From: a virus
Reading direction: 5' to 3' (one strand)
Virus record (IMG/VR): IMGVR_UViG_3300031716_000018
Length of the DNA stretch: 45,103 bases
Shown here: one piece after another, positions 1-8,555 of the stretch
Numbering within the stretch: the first letter of the stretch is position 1
Layout of the letters: every line of letters starts with the position of its first letter
Made by a program: the position numbers and the translations under genes
The notes under the pieces: generated by a model
Told to the model about the DNA's origin: nothing
The model's input: only the letters and a program-made list of their open reading frames with translations
Databases searched by the model: none

Positions 1-127
1 GGCCTCAACAAGCCCAAAGTTCTCCGTCTATGTGCCGAGCGAGGACTGTGGACTCTTGATGAAGGAGATCATCTTCATATTGACGACCGAAATAACGCGG
101 AGGATAAAAGATAATGCCCTCACCAAT
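1..127. repeat. Terminal direct repeat, identical to 44977-45103 (overlap of a circular or circularly permuted assembly)
   Basis: Read directly: both copies run ggcctcaacaagcccaaag...ataatgccctcaccaat. The left copy (1-114) holds the last 37 codons plus stop of the 44812..45090 CDS. Confidence 0.95.
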
Positions 128-299
128 CATGAAATACTTTGAATATTCACATCTACCTGAGAAATTGCAAGCGATTAGTAAGCCTATAGGAGAACTAGCC
201 AAGCAGATGGATAACTCCTTGCCAGACTGCGCGGAGAAATCGGCTGGCTTAAGGAAGCTTCTAGAAGCTAAAGATTGTTTGGTAAGAGCACTTCTTTAA
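114..299 (+). CDS. hypothetical protein (61 aa)
   Basis: ATG overlaps the preceding stop (TAATG). GGAGGA lies 11 nt upstream. No recognisable motif. Confidence 0.55.
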   Translation: MPSPIMKYFEYSHLPEKLQAISKPIGELAKQMDNSLPDCAEKSAGLRKLLEAKDCLVRALL

Positions 300-311
300 G
301 GAGGAGAAAAT

Positions 312-503
312 ATGCCATCTGTTAGTAAAGTTCAACGTCGCTTCATGGGCATGTGTGAGCACGCAGATCATCCCCCTGCGAACTGCCCTAACATGACCAA
401 AGAGCAGTTTCATGACTTTGCATCAACACCTGAGAAAGGATTGCCTTTCAGGGCCAGTAAAAAAGCGAAAGAGGACCTCGCTAATGGCTACCGAAAGCGA
501 TAA
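312..503 (+). CDS. DUF3008-like small protein
   Basis: AAGGAGGAG RBS. MPSVSKVQRRFMG...EQFHDFASTPEKGLP matches my memory of the DUF3008 pattern (MP.KSKAQ.R....EFA.T..KGLP). Confidence 0.6.
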   Translation: MPSVSKVQRRFMGMCEHADHPPANCPNMTKEQFHDFASTPEKGLPFRASKKAKEDLANGYRKR

Positions 504-807
504 AATCCGTCCAATCTCGGCTAGAATTGAGGCAACGGAGAAACTTTACAACGAGGCCGAGCTTGGGGCCTCCGCAGATACGGTGCTGCGTGCCCTCGAT
601 CCAATGATCGAGAGAAGATTGGGTCAACTCCTCGACCAATTTTCTGCCTGCGCCCCCGAGCTTGGTCCTCTTCTTGACCTTAGAGCAAAGATCACTGAGG
701 TTTGGCGCATGCGTAAGGATATTTTGATCTCTCGAGAGCGTGGTAGGAGGAGTTGGGAGGTCTTACAGTCCACCTTGTTATCGAAAGGAGGCCAAAATGG
801 AGCATAA
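484..807 (+). CDS. hypothetical protein (107 aa)
   Basis: The track ORF is 412..807. I chose the internal ATG at 484 (MATESDK) because 412 would overlap most of 312..503. Confidence 0.45.
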   Translation: MATESDKIRPISARIEATEKLYNEAELGASADTVLRALDPMIERRLGQLLDQFSACAPELGPLLDLRAKITEVWRMRKDILISRERGRRSWEVLQSTLLSKGGQNGA

Positions 808-1006
808 GGGGCTCTCAGGGCTGATAGTTTTATACAAAAAGTTCGATTCTTGCTACTGTCCAGCCTTGATAACCCAAGAAAATAGTGATACGACAGTAAA
901 TATGACCCTATATCTGGAAAAGGGGGATCTTCAACATAAAATGAACGTCTCCCAAGGCCATGAAATAGGGCAATGGTGCCATACTGGCATAGATTCAACC
1001 AATTAA
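797..1006 (+). CDS. hypothetical protein (69 aa)
   Basis: Internal ATG of track ORF 740..1006, preceded by AAAGGAGG. AT-rich with weak coding look. Confidence 0.35.
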   Translation: MEHKGLSGLIVLYKKFDSCYCPALITQENSDTTVNMTLYLEKGDLQHKMNVSQGHEIGQWCHTGIDSTN

Positions 1007-1016
1007 GGAGTATAAA

Positions 1017-1304
1017 ATGGCAGATCAAAAAGATCCAACAGCAAAAGATAAGCCTCAGGATCAAACAACCGCAGCTCATGGCCAATCAGCCGCTGCTCAC
1101 GATCCGCATGATGTTAGACCGCATCAAGATGCTATGCGGCAACATATAGTGGATCATTTCAAGGCCATTATGGATAAGTGTAGCGCCATCCTTAATGACC
1201 CGAACTCGGCACAAACCCTGAAAGACGAAGCTCAGGAAACTTATGATGACATGGTAGCTAACCTGAGCAAATTTCAGGTCAAATATGGCGTAACTCCAAA
1301 GTAA
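1017..1304 (+). CDS. hypothetical acidic/His-rich protein (95 aa)
   Basis: AAGGAG RBS. Lies between the lysis genes and the scaffold-like gene. Confidence 0.6.
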   Translation: MADQKDPTAKDKPQDQTTAAHGQSAAAHDPHDVRPHQDAMRQHIVDHFKAIMDKCSAILNDPNSAQTLKDEAQETYDDMVANLSKFQVKYGVTPK

Positions 1305-1317
1305 GGAAAGGGAAATC

Positions 1318-2121
1318 ATGGCACAAGCAGGAAATCCTGGGACGCCTCCGGCCGCCGGAGCCCCAGATGCGCAGGGTGGCACAACTCCAGTCGGTAGTGA
1401 TGGTGGTCAAGCCAAGAGATTGATCGCTGGCAAGTATGAAACGATTGAGGACGCCGTTGAACAGGGCATCTTTGGCATGGAACAAGCCTTCCATAAGACC
1501 AGAGAGGACCTGGCAAAGGTGACTCGTGTCTTAGAGCATGTCGTCTCTGGAGGAAATCAACCTCCAATGGATAATCGTGGTGGTTATGCACCAGTAGGGA
1601 CGGGGGGACGAGGTGGCAATGACTATGGCCGCGCTCCTAACAACGATCCAGACTATGTTGACCCTGCCGCTTTCATAGTGAATCCTGGGCAGGTTCTCCA
1701 AGCGCGTGATGCTCGCATCTTGCGTCAGGTCGCGGGCGTTGTTGAGAACGTCGTTACTAACGCTATGGTCGTCTCCGAGTTCAAGCGCCAGAATCCCGAT
1801 CTGGTACCTCACGAACGAATCGTTAGAGCGTTCATGAACGAAACTGATCCCTCAAAGGGATATTCTGAACGCCTATCTGACGCTGCTCAGATGACAAAGC
1901 GTTATCTAGCTGAAGTCCGCGGCAATCAAGGCAACAACAACCCACCACCTGCTGGAGGAAACTTCGTCGAATCTCCAAGAGGGGCTGGTGGTCCTGGTGG
2001 ACAAGTCCCATTAGGCTCTACTGTACCTCCTGGTTCACAGGATGAGGAGGAAAAGGAGCTAATGGAATATATCTCTGAACGTAACAAGGACCTTTCTGCT
2101 CGCTTTGGGATTAAAACCTAA
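1318..2121 (+). CDS. scaffolding-like protein (267 aa)
   Basis: Sits immediately upstream of the major capsid gene. Gly/Pro/Asn-rich disordered stretches plus helical segments. Call is by position only. Confidence 0.5.
   Translation: MAQAGNPGTPPAAGAPDAQGGTTPVGSDGGQAKRLIAGKYETIEDAVEQGIFGMEQAFHKTREDLAKVTRVLEHVVSGGNQPPMDNRGGYAPVGTGGRGGNDYGRAPNNDPDYVDPAAFIVNPGQVLQARDARILRQVAGVVENVVTNAMVVSEFKRQNPDLVPHERIVRAFMNETDPSKGYSERLSDAAQMTKRYLAEVRGNQGNNNPPPAGGNFVESPRGAGGPGGQVPLGSTVPPGSQDEEEKELMEYISERNKDLSARFGIKT
1346..1360. repeat. Degenerate relative of the dispersed palindrome: CTCCGG-ccg-CCGGAG
   Basis: Read directly. It shares the TCCGG-N3-CCGGA core with the eight GTCCGG-N3-CCGGAC sites and lies inside the scaffold-like CDS. 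Confidence 0.5.
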
Positions 2122-2135
2122 AGGAGTAATAAAAG

Positions 2136-3107
2136 ATGCCTGGGCAAAATTGGACTGTATCCTCTGATGGGGGATACCTAGCCAATAAGCCGCTTAGCTC
2201 TAAACTCCGCTACGTCAATACCGCGCAGTACGTGTTCCGTCAGTTTACACGTCCTGAGCCTGGTTTTGGCAAGCAGAGGGGTGAGAGCATCGACTTCGAT
2301 AAGATTTCGATGGCAGTCACCCAAGGCGGCCAAATTGGTGAGTTTCAGGATATTCCTGAGACTAAGTTCTCAATCACGAAGGATAACCTCCAAGTGACTG
2401 AGTGGGGTAATTCTATCCCGTGGACTGGCAAGTTGGAAACTCTTTCTGAGTTCAACCCTAACCAACCTGTTCAGAAGGTTGTCCTGAACGACGAGAAGCA
2501 GGTCCTTGACCTTGCAGTTGCAACTGAGATGAAAACATCGAAGTTGTGCTACATTGCCACTGGTGCTGCTACGCAGACCTGGGACGTTGATGGTACGGCC
2601 TCAACAACTGCGACAACCAACTTCAACTACTTCCATCTTAAGGAGATGGTTGATGCAGCCGAAACAGGGCTCTTTGGCAGTGGGAATACGGGAAAGATTA
2701 TTCCTAAGTTCCCTGACGGGAAATATGTTGTCATCCTCTCAGTCAAGGCTAAACGAGGCCTGTTCGACGATCCTGAGTTCCAGGAAGCAGCAAAGTTTGC
2801 ATACCCGCGCAAGCTCTTCAATGGTGAGATCATGGAGGAGACTGTCTACGGGTGTCGTTTTGTTGTTACTGATAACTCTGATGCTCTTAGCAACTCAAAG
2901 GGTACTAACGCCATCGGGGAAGCTCTCCTCCTTGGAGACGATTCAGTCGTTGAGGGAGTGGCTCTTAAAGAAGAGCTGCGGTACAAGCTCGCGGTCAAGT
3001 ATGGCCGTGATAAAGGTCTAGCTTGGTACGCCATCCTTGGGTTCAAGAAGCCGTGGGACTACGTCACTGACGGCGAGGAACACATCATCAGATTTACCTC
3101 TGCGTGA
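2136..3107 (+). CDS. major capsid protein (323 aa)
   Basis: AAAGGAG RBS. Size and position after the scaffold-like gene fit, as does the portal-scaffold-capsid order. Family not verified. Confidence 0.7.
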   Translation: MPGQNWTVSSDGGYLANKPLSSKLRYVNTAQYVFRQFTRPEPGFGKQRGESIDFDKISMAVTQGGQIGEFQDIPETKFSITKDNLQVTEWGNSIPWTGKLETLSEFNPNQPVQKVVLNDEKQVLDLAVATEMKTSKLCYIATGAATQTWDVDGTASTTATTNFNYFHLKEMVDAAETGLFGSGNTGKIIPKFPDGKYVVILSVKAKRGLFDDPEFQEAAKFAYPRKLFNGEIMEETVYGCRFVVTDNSDALSNSKGTNAIGEALLLGDDSVVEGVALKEELRYKLAVKYGRDKGLAWYAILGFKKPWDYVTDGEEHIIRFTSA

Positions 3108-3125
3108 TCGGAAGGTGGTTAGTTT

Positions 3126-3374
3126 ATGGCATCAGCTGCATTTGTTACTGTCTCTTCGATTAGCACTAATTCCGTCTGGTACAGAGTGCAAGTGAAGGGA
3201 ACTAATGTTAGCAAAAACATGGAGTTCACTCCAACCTTTGCAAGTAACGAAGCGACTATCCAGTCCGACCTACTTGCAGCGGTCATTTCATTTTGCTTGT
3301 CAGACCTTGGAATTACTGTTACCGCAGATGACATAGTATTTGTTGGTGCGCCAGCTAAACTAGCCGCTGTCTAA
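3126..3374 (+). CDS. hypothetical virion-module protein (82 aa)
   Basis: ORF with GGAAGGTGG upstream, directly after the capsid gene. Confidence 0.55.
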   Translation: MASAAFVTVSSISTNSVWYRVQVKGTNVSKNMEFTPTFASNEATIQSDLLAAVISFCLSDLGITVTADDIVFVGAPAKLAAV

Positions 3375-3395
3375 CAGAGGAGAAAGGAGAAAGTA

Positions 3396-3935
3396 ATGAG
3401 TTTTGGTGACAATCACATGTTCATTCCTAATCCGCTGACGACTGCATCCAACTCCCTCGCCGAAGAAGTGACTTCTACAGGCAAGGTCGAATATGTTGCT
3501 CCAGCAGATTTGGATATTGAGGAATTTGGAGTTCTGATCGCAGTCACTCTAGGGAACACGATCACCACTGCCACCGGCTTTGTGCTTTGTAAGGTCGACG
3601 CTGCAGGGACTGAAACAGTCCTCGAGCGCCTCGTCCTTTGCAATAACTCTAACGGTTGGTACGCTGGAGATGGAACGAACCCTGGAGGTGGAACTGTTGC
3701 TGCAGCTACGACTTTTGCCTTTGCTGCTGGCTCAATCCTCTCAAAGAAAATGGGAGGCGACAATGGAGCAGTAAAGCAGGGTGAGATCATTCGTATGCGC
3801 GGTTCTACGACTGCTGGCTCCGCCACTGGAGATGTCGTTCCTTTCGTAGTGTGCCGTGTTGCTGGACGTGGCTACAAAGGGACAAACGTTTACAATGAGG
3901 GAGTTCTTACAAGGGCCCGAAACGCAGGTTATTAA
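3396..3935 (+). CDS. hypothetical virion-module protein (179 aa)
   Basis: GGAGAAAGGAGAA RBS. Gly/Thr/Ala-rich beta-looking sequence. Confidence 0.6.
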   Translation: MSFGDNHMFIPNPLTTASNSLAEEVTSTGKVEYVAPADLDIEEFGVLIAVTLGNTITTATGFVLCKVDAAGTETVLERLVLCNNSNGWYAGDGTNPGGGTVAAATTFAFAAGSILSKKMGGDNGAVKQGEIIRMRGSTTAGSATGDVVPFVVCRVAGRGYKGTNVYNEGVLTRARNAGY

Positions 3936-3955
3936 TACCGAGCTACCTGTGTTTC

Positions 3956-3991
3956 AAGGGATGGGGGAGTTTCGCAGGCTCTCCCATCCTT
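3956..3991 (+). terminator. Strong hairpin after the capsid gene block (13-bp stem, 9-nt loop), terminator or attenuator candidate
   Basis: aagggatgggggag / tttcgcagg / ctctcccatcctt, with one G-T pair. There is no clear T-run after it. Confidence 0.4.
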
Positions 3992-4014
3992 CAAGTTAAA
4001 CGAGGAGAGGAAGG

Positions 4015-4728
4015 ATGCCGCTTAAAACACAACCAGTAAATAATAAGGGAGAGATTGAAGTCGTTGTAATTTGCGGGACTAGAGATCATCGAGGCGCTGT
4101 AGCTGAAACAATCGTAACTTTATGGAATGTCCTGTGGGAAATGAAAAGATCGCCAGTTTACGGCCAATTTCAAGGTGTTGGTTATGCCTTCGTAAGAGCC
4201 GGCAACTTCAAGGATTTGAAGGCGGCTTACGAGAAAGATACGATAAGGGGCTTTTTGATAGATGATGATGTTCTTCTCAAATCAGCGCAGCAGGCAAATC
4301 TCAAGATGGCAATTGAGACTGCCGACAAGTTTCACTGGAACTTTGTTAGCCCTTATAGGGTGGCTGATGGATGGACATCTATTGCACGCAAAGATGGCAC
4401 ATTGCTGTCTGTTGAGGAGGTCAGGCTTAAACAGCCTTTTGATAGGATTGAGAACGCTGGCCTTGGCTTCTATTATGGTGATTTGCCTCTCACGTACAAG
4501 TTTCACGAAGATGGAGTGTTCGGAGGAGAGGATCTCAACTTTTTTCATGAGAATCCTGACCTCGACCCAAGAATTGTTGATTTGGACCTAAAGCATCTTA
4601 AGATGATACCTATTGATATGGGAACTCCAATGTTCGTCAAACCTAGGCCAATGGCAGCTCCTAATCAACATATCCCAACTGCGAAAGATCTAGGAATTAC
4701 TGAGGGGGAGGTGAGGTTGAACAAATAA
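4015..4728 (+). CDS. GT-A fold glycosyltransferase-like protein (237 aa)
   Basis: An N-terminal beta strand IEVVVICGT, FLIDDDVLL (DxD) about 80 aa in, and GGEDLNFF about 90 aa later follow the layout of GT2-type enzymes. Confidence 0.45.
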   Translation: MPLKTQPVNNKGEIEVVVICGTRDHRGAVAETIVTLWNVLWEMKRSPVYGQFQGVGYAFVRAGNFKDLKAAYEKDTIRGFLIDDDVLLKSAQQANLKMAIETADKFHWNFVSPYRVADGWTSIARKDGTLLSVEEVRLKQPFDRIENAGLGFYYGDLPLTYKFHEDGVFGGEDLNFFHENPDLDPRIVDLDLKHLKMIPIDMGTPMFVKPRPMAAPNQHIPTAKDLGITEGEVRLNK

Positions 4729-4788
4729 CTTATTAACGTTCTCAACTAAGCGGTGTCAAAGCCATAACCGCATGATCGGAGGATCAAA

Positions 4789-5154
4789 ATGGCCGACCTA
4801 GCAGCTACAGATATTACCGTCACCTTACTCCGTCAGAATATTCTGCGCGGCTCTCCTGGTGGCCTCAGATTTAACAACGTCAAGCTAGCCTTTGGTGATG
4901 GAGCTCTCACCTATCCAGCAGGTGGCATCCCTATGCCAGCCGCAGCTAAATTTGGTATGCTGAAGCGCCTTGACGGAATCATGATCTACCAAAATGGCAT
5001 TGCAACTATTGGCTATCTCTGGACCTATGATGTTGCCAACAACAAGCTGAAGGGTTATGAGGAGGTGGCTGCGGCTTCATCCACTGCACTTGCAGATATT
5101 GCCCTGACTGCTATTGCCGCCCAAACTCTCTATGCCTTTGCCATAGGCTGGTAG
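4789..5154 (+). CDS. hypothetical virion-module protein (121 aa)
   Basis: GGAGGA RBS, clean ORF. Confidence 0.6.
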   Translation: MADLAATDITVTLLRQNILRGSPGGLRFNNVKLAFGDGALTYPAGGIPMPAAAKFGMLKRLDGIMIYQNGIATIGYLWTYDVANNKLKGYEEVAAASSTALADIALTAIAAQTLYAFAIGW

Positions 5155-5164
5155 GAGGTGACTC

Positions 5165-5515
5165 ATGGCAGCACCAGCAGTAACATCAGATGTTCAACGT
5201 GGAAGTAGGACGCGGGTAATTAGCTTCAGCCAATCAGGGGCTAATGACGGTAACATTGACTTCGAGTTGAACCGGCCTCTAGCATCGCTGACCTTTCAGC
5301 TTGCTGGAACTTATTCGGCTGGAACAATCAAGATGCAAGCCTCTAATGATGGAACCAACTATGCAGATACTCCAACTGCTGCATCGTTAGCTGCCAATGG
5401 CTTGAAGGGTGTCGCTGCCCTTGATTTGGGCTTCAGATATTACCGGCTGAACTTTGCCTCTATGGGCTCTGGCAATACCCATACTGGAGCTATCGTTGCG
5501 AAATTCTACAACTAA
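5165..5515 (+). CDS. hypothetical virion-module protein (116 aa)
   Basis: TAGGAGGTG RBS, clean ORF. Confidence 0.6.
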   Translation: MAAPAVTSDVQRGSRTRVISFSQSGANDGNIDFELNRPLASLTFQLAGTYSAGTIKMQASNDGTNYADTPTAASLAANGLKGVAALDLGFRYYRLNFASMGSGNTHTGAIVAKFYN

Positions 5516-5520
5516 TCACC

Positions 5521-5535
5521 GTCCGGGAACCGGAC
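5521..5535. repeat. Dispersed palindrome copy 1: GTCCGG-gaa-CCGGAC
   Basis: Read directly. Intergenic, 51 nt upstream of the 5586 start. A second small hairpin follows (ggccgcc/ggcggtc, 5552-5572). Confidence 0.9.
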
Positions 5536-5585
5536 AATGGAGGATCCAGGTGGCCGCCTCATCTAGGCGGTCGCCCGGGAATTAA

Positions 5586-5939
5586 ATGTCAATAGACCAA
5601 ATCATTGGTATCCTAGTGACTGTAGTCCTAGGCATGACTGGATGGGGGCTGTTCACCTTGGTTAAGTTGGATGCTAAGATGAGTGGCTTCCATCAGTGGC
5701 TACTCTCGCATGAGAAGCTTGATGATATTAGGATGGAGAACATCACTCAAAAGTTTGAAAACCTTAATGCCGAAATTAAGGAGCCTATCAAAGAGATTAA
5801 GGATCAGATGAAGGGGATGCAGGAGCGTATGTCAAGGATAGAAGAGCGTCATTCCAGAATATCTGAGTTTATCCGCCGTCAGGATGAAAGCACCAGGCGC
5901 CAGGATGAAAGAGAGCGTAAAAAAGATGTACCTGTATGA
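5586..5939 (+). CDS. membrane-anchored coiled-coil protein (117 aa)
   Basis: N-terminal TM segment IIGILVTVVLGMTGWGLFTLV followed by a charged coiled coil. Weak RBS. Confidence 0.5.
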   Translation: MSIDQIIGILVTVVLGMTGWGLFTLVKLDAKMSGFHQWLLSHEKLDDIRMENITQKFENLNAEIKEPIKEIKDQMKGMQERMSRIEERHSRISEFIRRQDESTRRQDERERKKDVPV

Positions 5940-6651
5940 AGCTAAAGACGTTGTTCGTGAGCACTTCGGCCGCTTAGGCCTGCCAACCTCCATCCTCTCA
6001 GTTGCCCTGACTGAGGGAAGGAAGGTGGTTGAGAAGGAGGGCAACTTTTGGTGGATGCGAACTACCGCTGACTTCTCAGCCGTTGTTGACTCCAATGAAT
6101 ACTCTATCCAGTCAGGCGGAGATATCGACATTTCCAACTTCAAGGATGGCCGTGCTCTCCAGCAAAAGCTCCCAACTGAAACAAGGTGGGGCCCAGTTGA
6201 ATTGGGAGTCCTTGATGAAGAAACTCTCAACCTTATGTACGACGACGACGATGAGGGCGAACCTGAGCAAGCCATCATAGATAATACAACCCTTAAGATC
6301 TATCCACCATCACCTCAATACGCTTATGACATGCGACTCTATGCCTATCAGTGGACTGACAATCCAACTGCTAACACCAGCACTGATGATCTGCTCAAGA
6401 ACTTCGGTATGGCGGTTGTGTATGGCGCCCTTATTTGGGGCTTTGAGATTGAGCTTAAGGATCTTCAGGGTGCTGCTTACTGGCGTAATCTTCTTGGCGG
6501 TAGTCCTTTCGGTCATGGTGGGGAGATTGCTAGAATCAAACGAGAAAACTTAAAGAGAGATTGGAAAGATAACATTGTCATGGTGCCTCATAAAGGGCCA
6601 GGAAGAATCTCAAAGAGATCCCTCAGCAACCTCCAGATTTATTGCAGATAA
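5926..6651 (+). CDS. hypothetical neck/tail-module protein (241 aa)
   Basis: The track ORF is 5884..6651. I chose the ATG at 5926 (MYLYEAKD), which gives a minimal overlap with 5586..5939. Confidence 0.5.
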   Translation: MYLYEAKDVVREHFGRLGLPTSILSVALTEGRKVVEKEGNFWWMRTTADFSAVVDSNEYSIQSGGDIDISNFKDGRALQQKLPTETRWGPVELGVLDEETLNLMYDDDDEGEPEQAIIDNTTLKIYPPSPQYAYDMRLYAYQWTDNPTANTSTDDLLKNFGMAVVYGALIWGFEIELKDLQGAAYWRNLLGGSPFGHGGEIARIKRENLKRDWKDNIVMVPHKGPGRISKRSLSNLQIYCR

Positions 6652-6663
6652 TCAGGATGAATT

Positions 6664-6975
6664 ATGGCAGATGATGTCCTTTATAAAACACCATCTGAGA
6701 AGGTGGTCTATGATTATGACTTCTCACCAAAGCTCCCCACAAACGACTCATCAATCACTCTTGCCGTTAGTGCCATTGATGAGGAGGGAACCTCAAGCTC
6801 TGCGGTGGTTGGAACAAGTTCAACTTCAGGTACAACTGGAACTGTGCCTCTTCAAGCCGGATCTGATGGCAAAGATTATACAGTTACAATGCGAGCTACC
6901 GGGGCTACTTCTGGTGCAATCAGAGACTGGGTCATAGAGATGAGGGTGCGCACAAAGGTTGGTGGAGTAGTTTAG
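6664..6975 (+). CDS. hypothetical virion protein with Ser/Thr-rich stretch (103 aa)
   Basis: Clean ORF containing TSSSAVVGTSSTSGTTGT. Confidence 0.55.
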   Translation: MADDVLYKTPSEKVVYDYDFSPKLPTNDSSITLAVSAIDEEGTSSSAVVGTSSTSGTTGTVPLQAGSDGKDYTVTMRATGATSGAIRDWVIEMRVRTKVGGVV

Positions 6976-7016
6976 CCCGTCATCGACGGTCGTTAAGGTT
7001 GAAGGTCAACGATTAG

Positions 7017-8555
7017 ATGCCACGTAAAGCTGAAACTCAATGGATCAGTAAATTCAACGGCTACGCTGACGTTGCTGATCCTGGTGATACTCCAAAGATC
7101 TCATCTGATGTCTTAAATGTCAAATTCAGATTTGGCCGTGTCCTAGGCCGTGGTGGCATGGCTAAGTATCAAGCCATCTCAACAGCCTCCTCAGCTGCCA
7201 TTATTGGCCTTTTCAACTATCGACGGGCATCTGGCACTCACATGATCTGCCGTATGCTCCCCACTGTCTTTGAAGTCTTTACTGGTGGCTCCTGGGTAGA
7301 TAAAACAGGCACAGCTCTCAGTGGTTCAGCAACAACGCGCCCCATCTATACCATCATAGATGACACCCTGATCTTCACAAATGAGGGCGCCAACCTTCCT
7401 AGGAAGTTCGATAACTCGGGGAATAGCGCCGATGTTGCTTCTTCTGCCGCACCCTATTGTAAGGGTGTACAAGCATATCTTGGTTATCTGTTTGCTTTTA
7501 ATGTTTCAGACAGCGGGACTTTCTCCGACGTCTTCGATGGTCATAGAACAGGTAGATATGTTGACGACTGGGATTCAGCGGCTGCTTGGACACCTTGCGC
7601 ATCGAATGAGATCGTTCTTGATGAAACTCCTGGAGTTTGGCTGGCCTCCGCAGTTGTAGGCAAGAACCTTTACGGCATAAAATCTGATGGAGTAATCAAG
7701 GTCAGATTTGTTGGTGGCGTCACTAAGTTTGCACAGGATGGCCTGGCATGTGACGTAGGTTGTGTCTCTCCTCTATCAGTAGGCTTGATTGGTTCAGACC
7801 CAGCCTGCTCAGCCGGTGCATTCTTCCTTGGGAATGATGCAATCATCTATCAGATCACTGATGATACAGTTCAGGCTATCACATATGACACCTTACCTGA
7901 TACTCTCTTATCAACAGCGGCCCTCAGCAAGCTGAAATATGCTCGAGGTTTTGTTGACTCTGAGGATGATACATACTACCTATTCTATGACCGAACTGGC
8001 TTGAGCAATCAGTTGTTGGATTCCTACGTGAGTTACAATTATCGCACTAAGGAAGTGAGCAAGGGGCGTTTACCGCAGATGATTGCTTGCTCTCCTTTCA
8101 AATCAAGTGATCAAGCGGCTGAGGATTTATTAGTTTCAACTACCACATTAGTGAGGACCTTCGATGACTTTTCGTCCATTGACGACGACGGAACAGCAGT
8201 CAGTAGATACTGGACAACTGGATGGCAAAAACTTGCCGAAGAGGGATGGTTACATAGAGTACGACTTGTCTTCGCTCGATCTAACGGAGCAAAAGTCGGT
8301 GTTTCGATGGCGGAAGGCTATGGGGCTGCCTTTGGAGACGAACAAGTTTTTTCTCTCTCGGGCTCCAACGTCAACGAAACTAATGTGGAAGTTATCTATC
8401 ATCTTCCGTCCCCTAGGCTGGTTGATTGGGCTAATGTTAAAGTTAGGATTGTACATCAGTCAACATCTGCACGCACTAAGTTGGAAAAAATAGGCTTTGA
8501 GATCAGCAATATTCTGCCAACCACTGAGAGGGAAAGAAGGGCTGATCTCCTCTAA
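7017..8555 (+). CDS. large tail/nozzle-like structural protein (512 aa)
   Basis: Long ORF in the tail part of the virion module. Product assigned by position only. Confidence 0.5.
   Translation: MPRKAETQWISKFNGYADVADPGDTPKISSDVLNVKFRFGRVLGRGGMAKYQAISTASSAAIIGLFNYRRASGTHMICRMLPTVFEVFTGGSWVDKTGTALSGSATTRPIYTIIDDTLIFTNEGANLPRKFDNSGNSADVASSAAPYCKGVQAYLGYLFAFNVSDSGTFSDVFDGHRTGRYVDDWDSAAAWTPCASNEIVLDETPGVWLASAVVGKNLYGIKSDGVIKVRFVGGVTKFAQDGLACDVGCVSPLSVGLIGSDPACSAGAFFLGNDAIIYQITDDTVQAITYDTLPDTLLSTAALSKLKYARGFVDSEDDTYYLFYDRTGLSNQLLDSYVSYNYRTKEVSKGRLPQMIACSPFKSSDQAAEDLLVSTTTLVRTFDDFSSIDDDGTAVSRYWTTGWQKLAEEGWLHRVRLVFARSNGAKVGVSMAEGYGAAFGDEQVFSLSGSNVNETNVEVIYHLPSPRLVDWANVKVRIVHQSTSARTKLEKIGFEISNILPTTERERRADLL

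Noticed and set aside
412-807. Full-length 131-aa version of this ORF
   Set aside because: It would overlap 92 nt of the well-supported DUF3008-like gene out of frame. The internal ATG at 484 is preferred.
5880-5911. 11-bp direct repeat caggatgaaag x2, 21 nt apart
   Set aside because: It lies in frame within 5586..5939 and simply encodes the RRQDES/RRQDER duplication of a charged coiled-coil tail.
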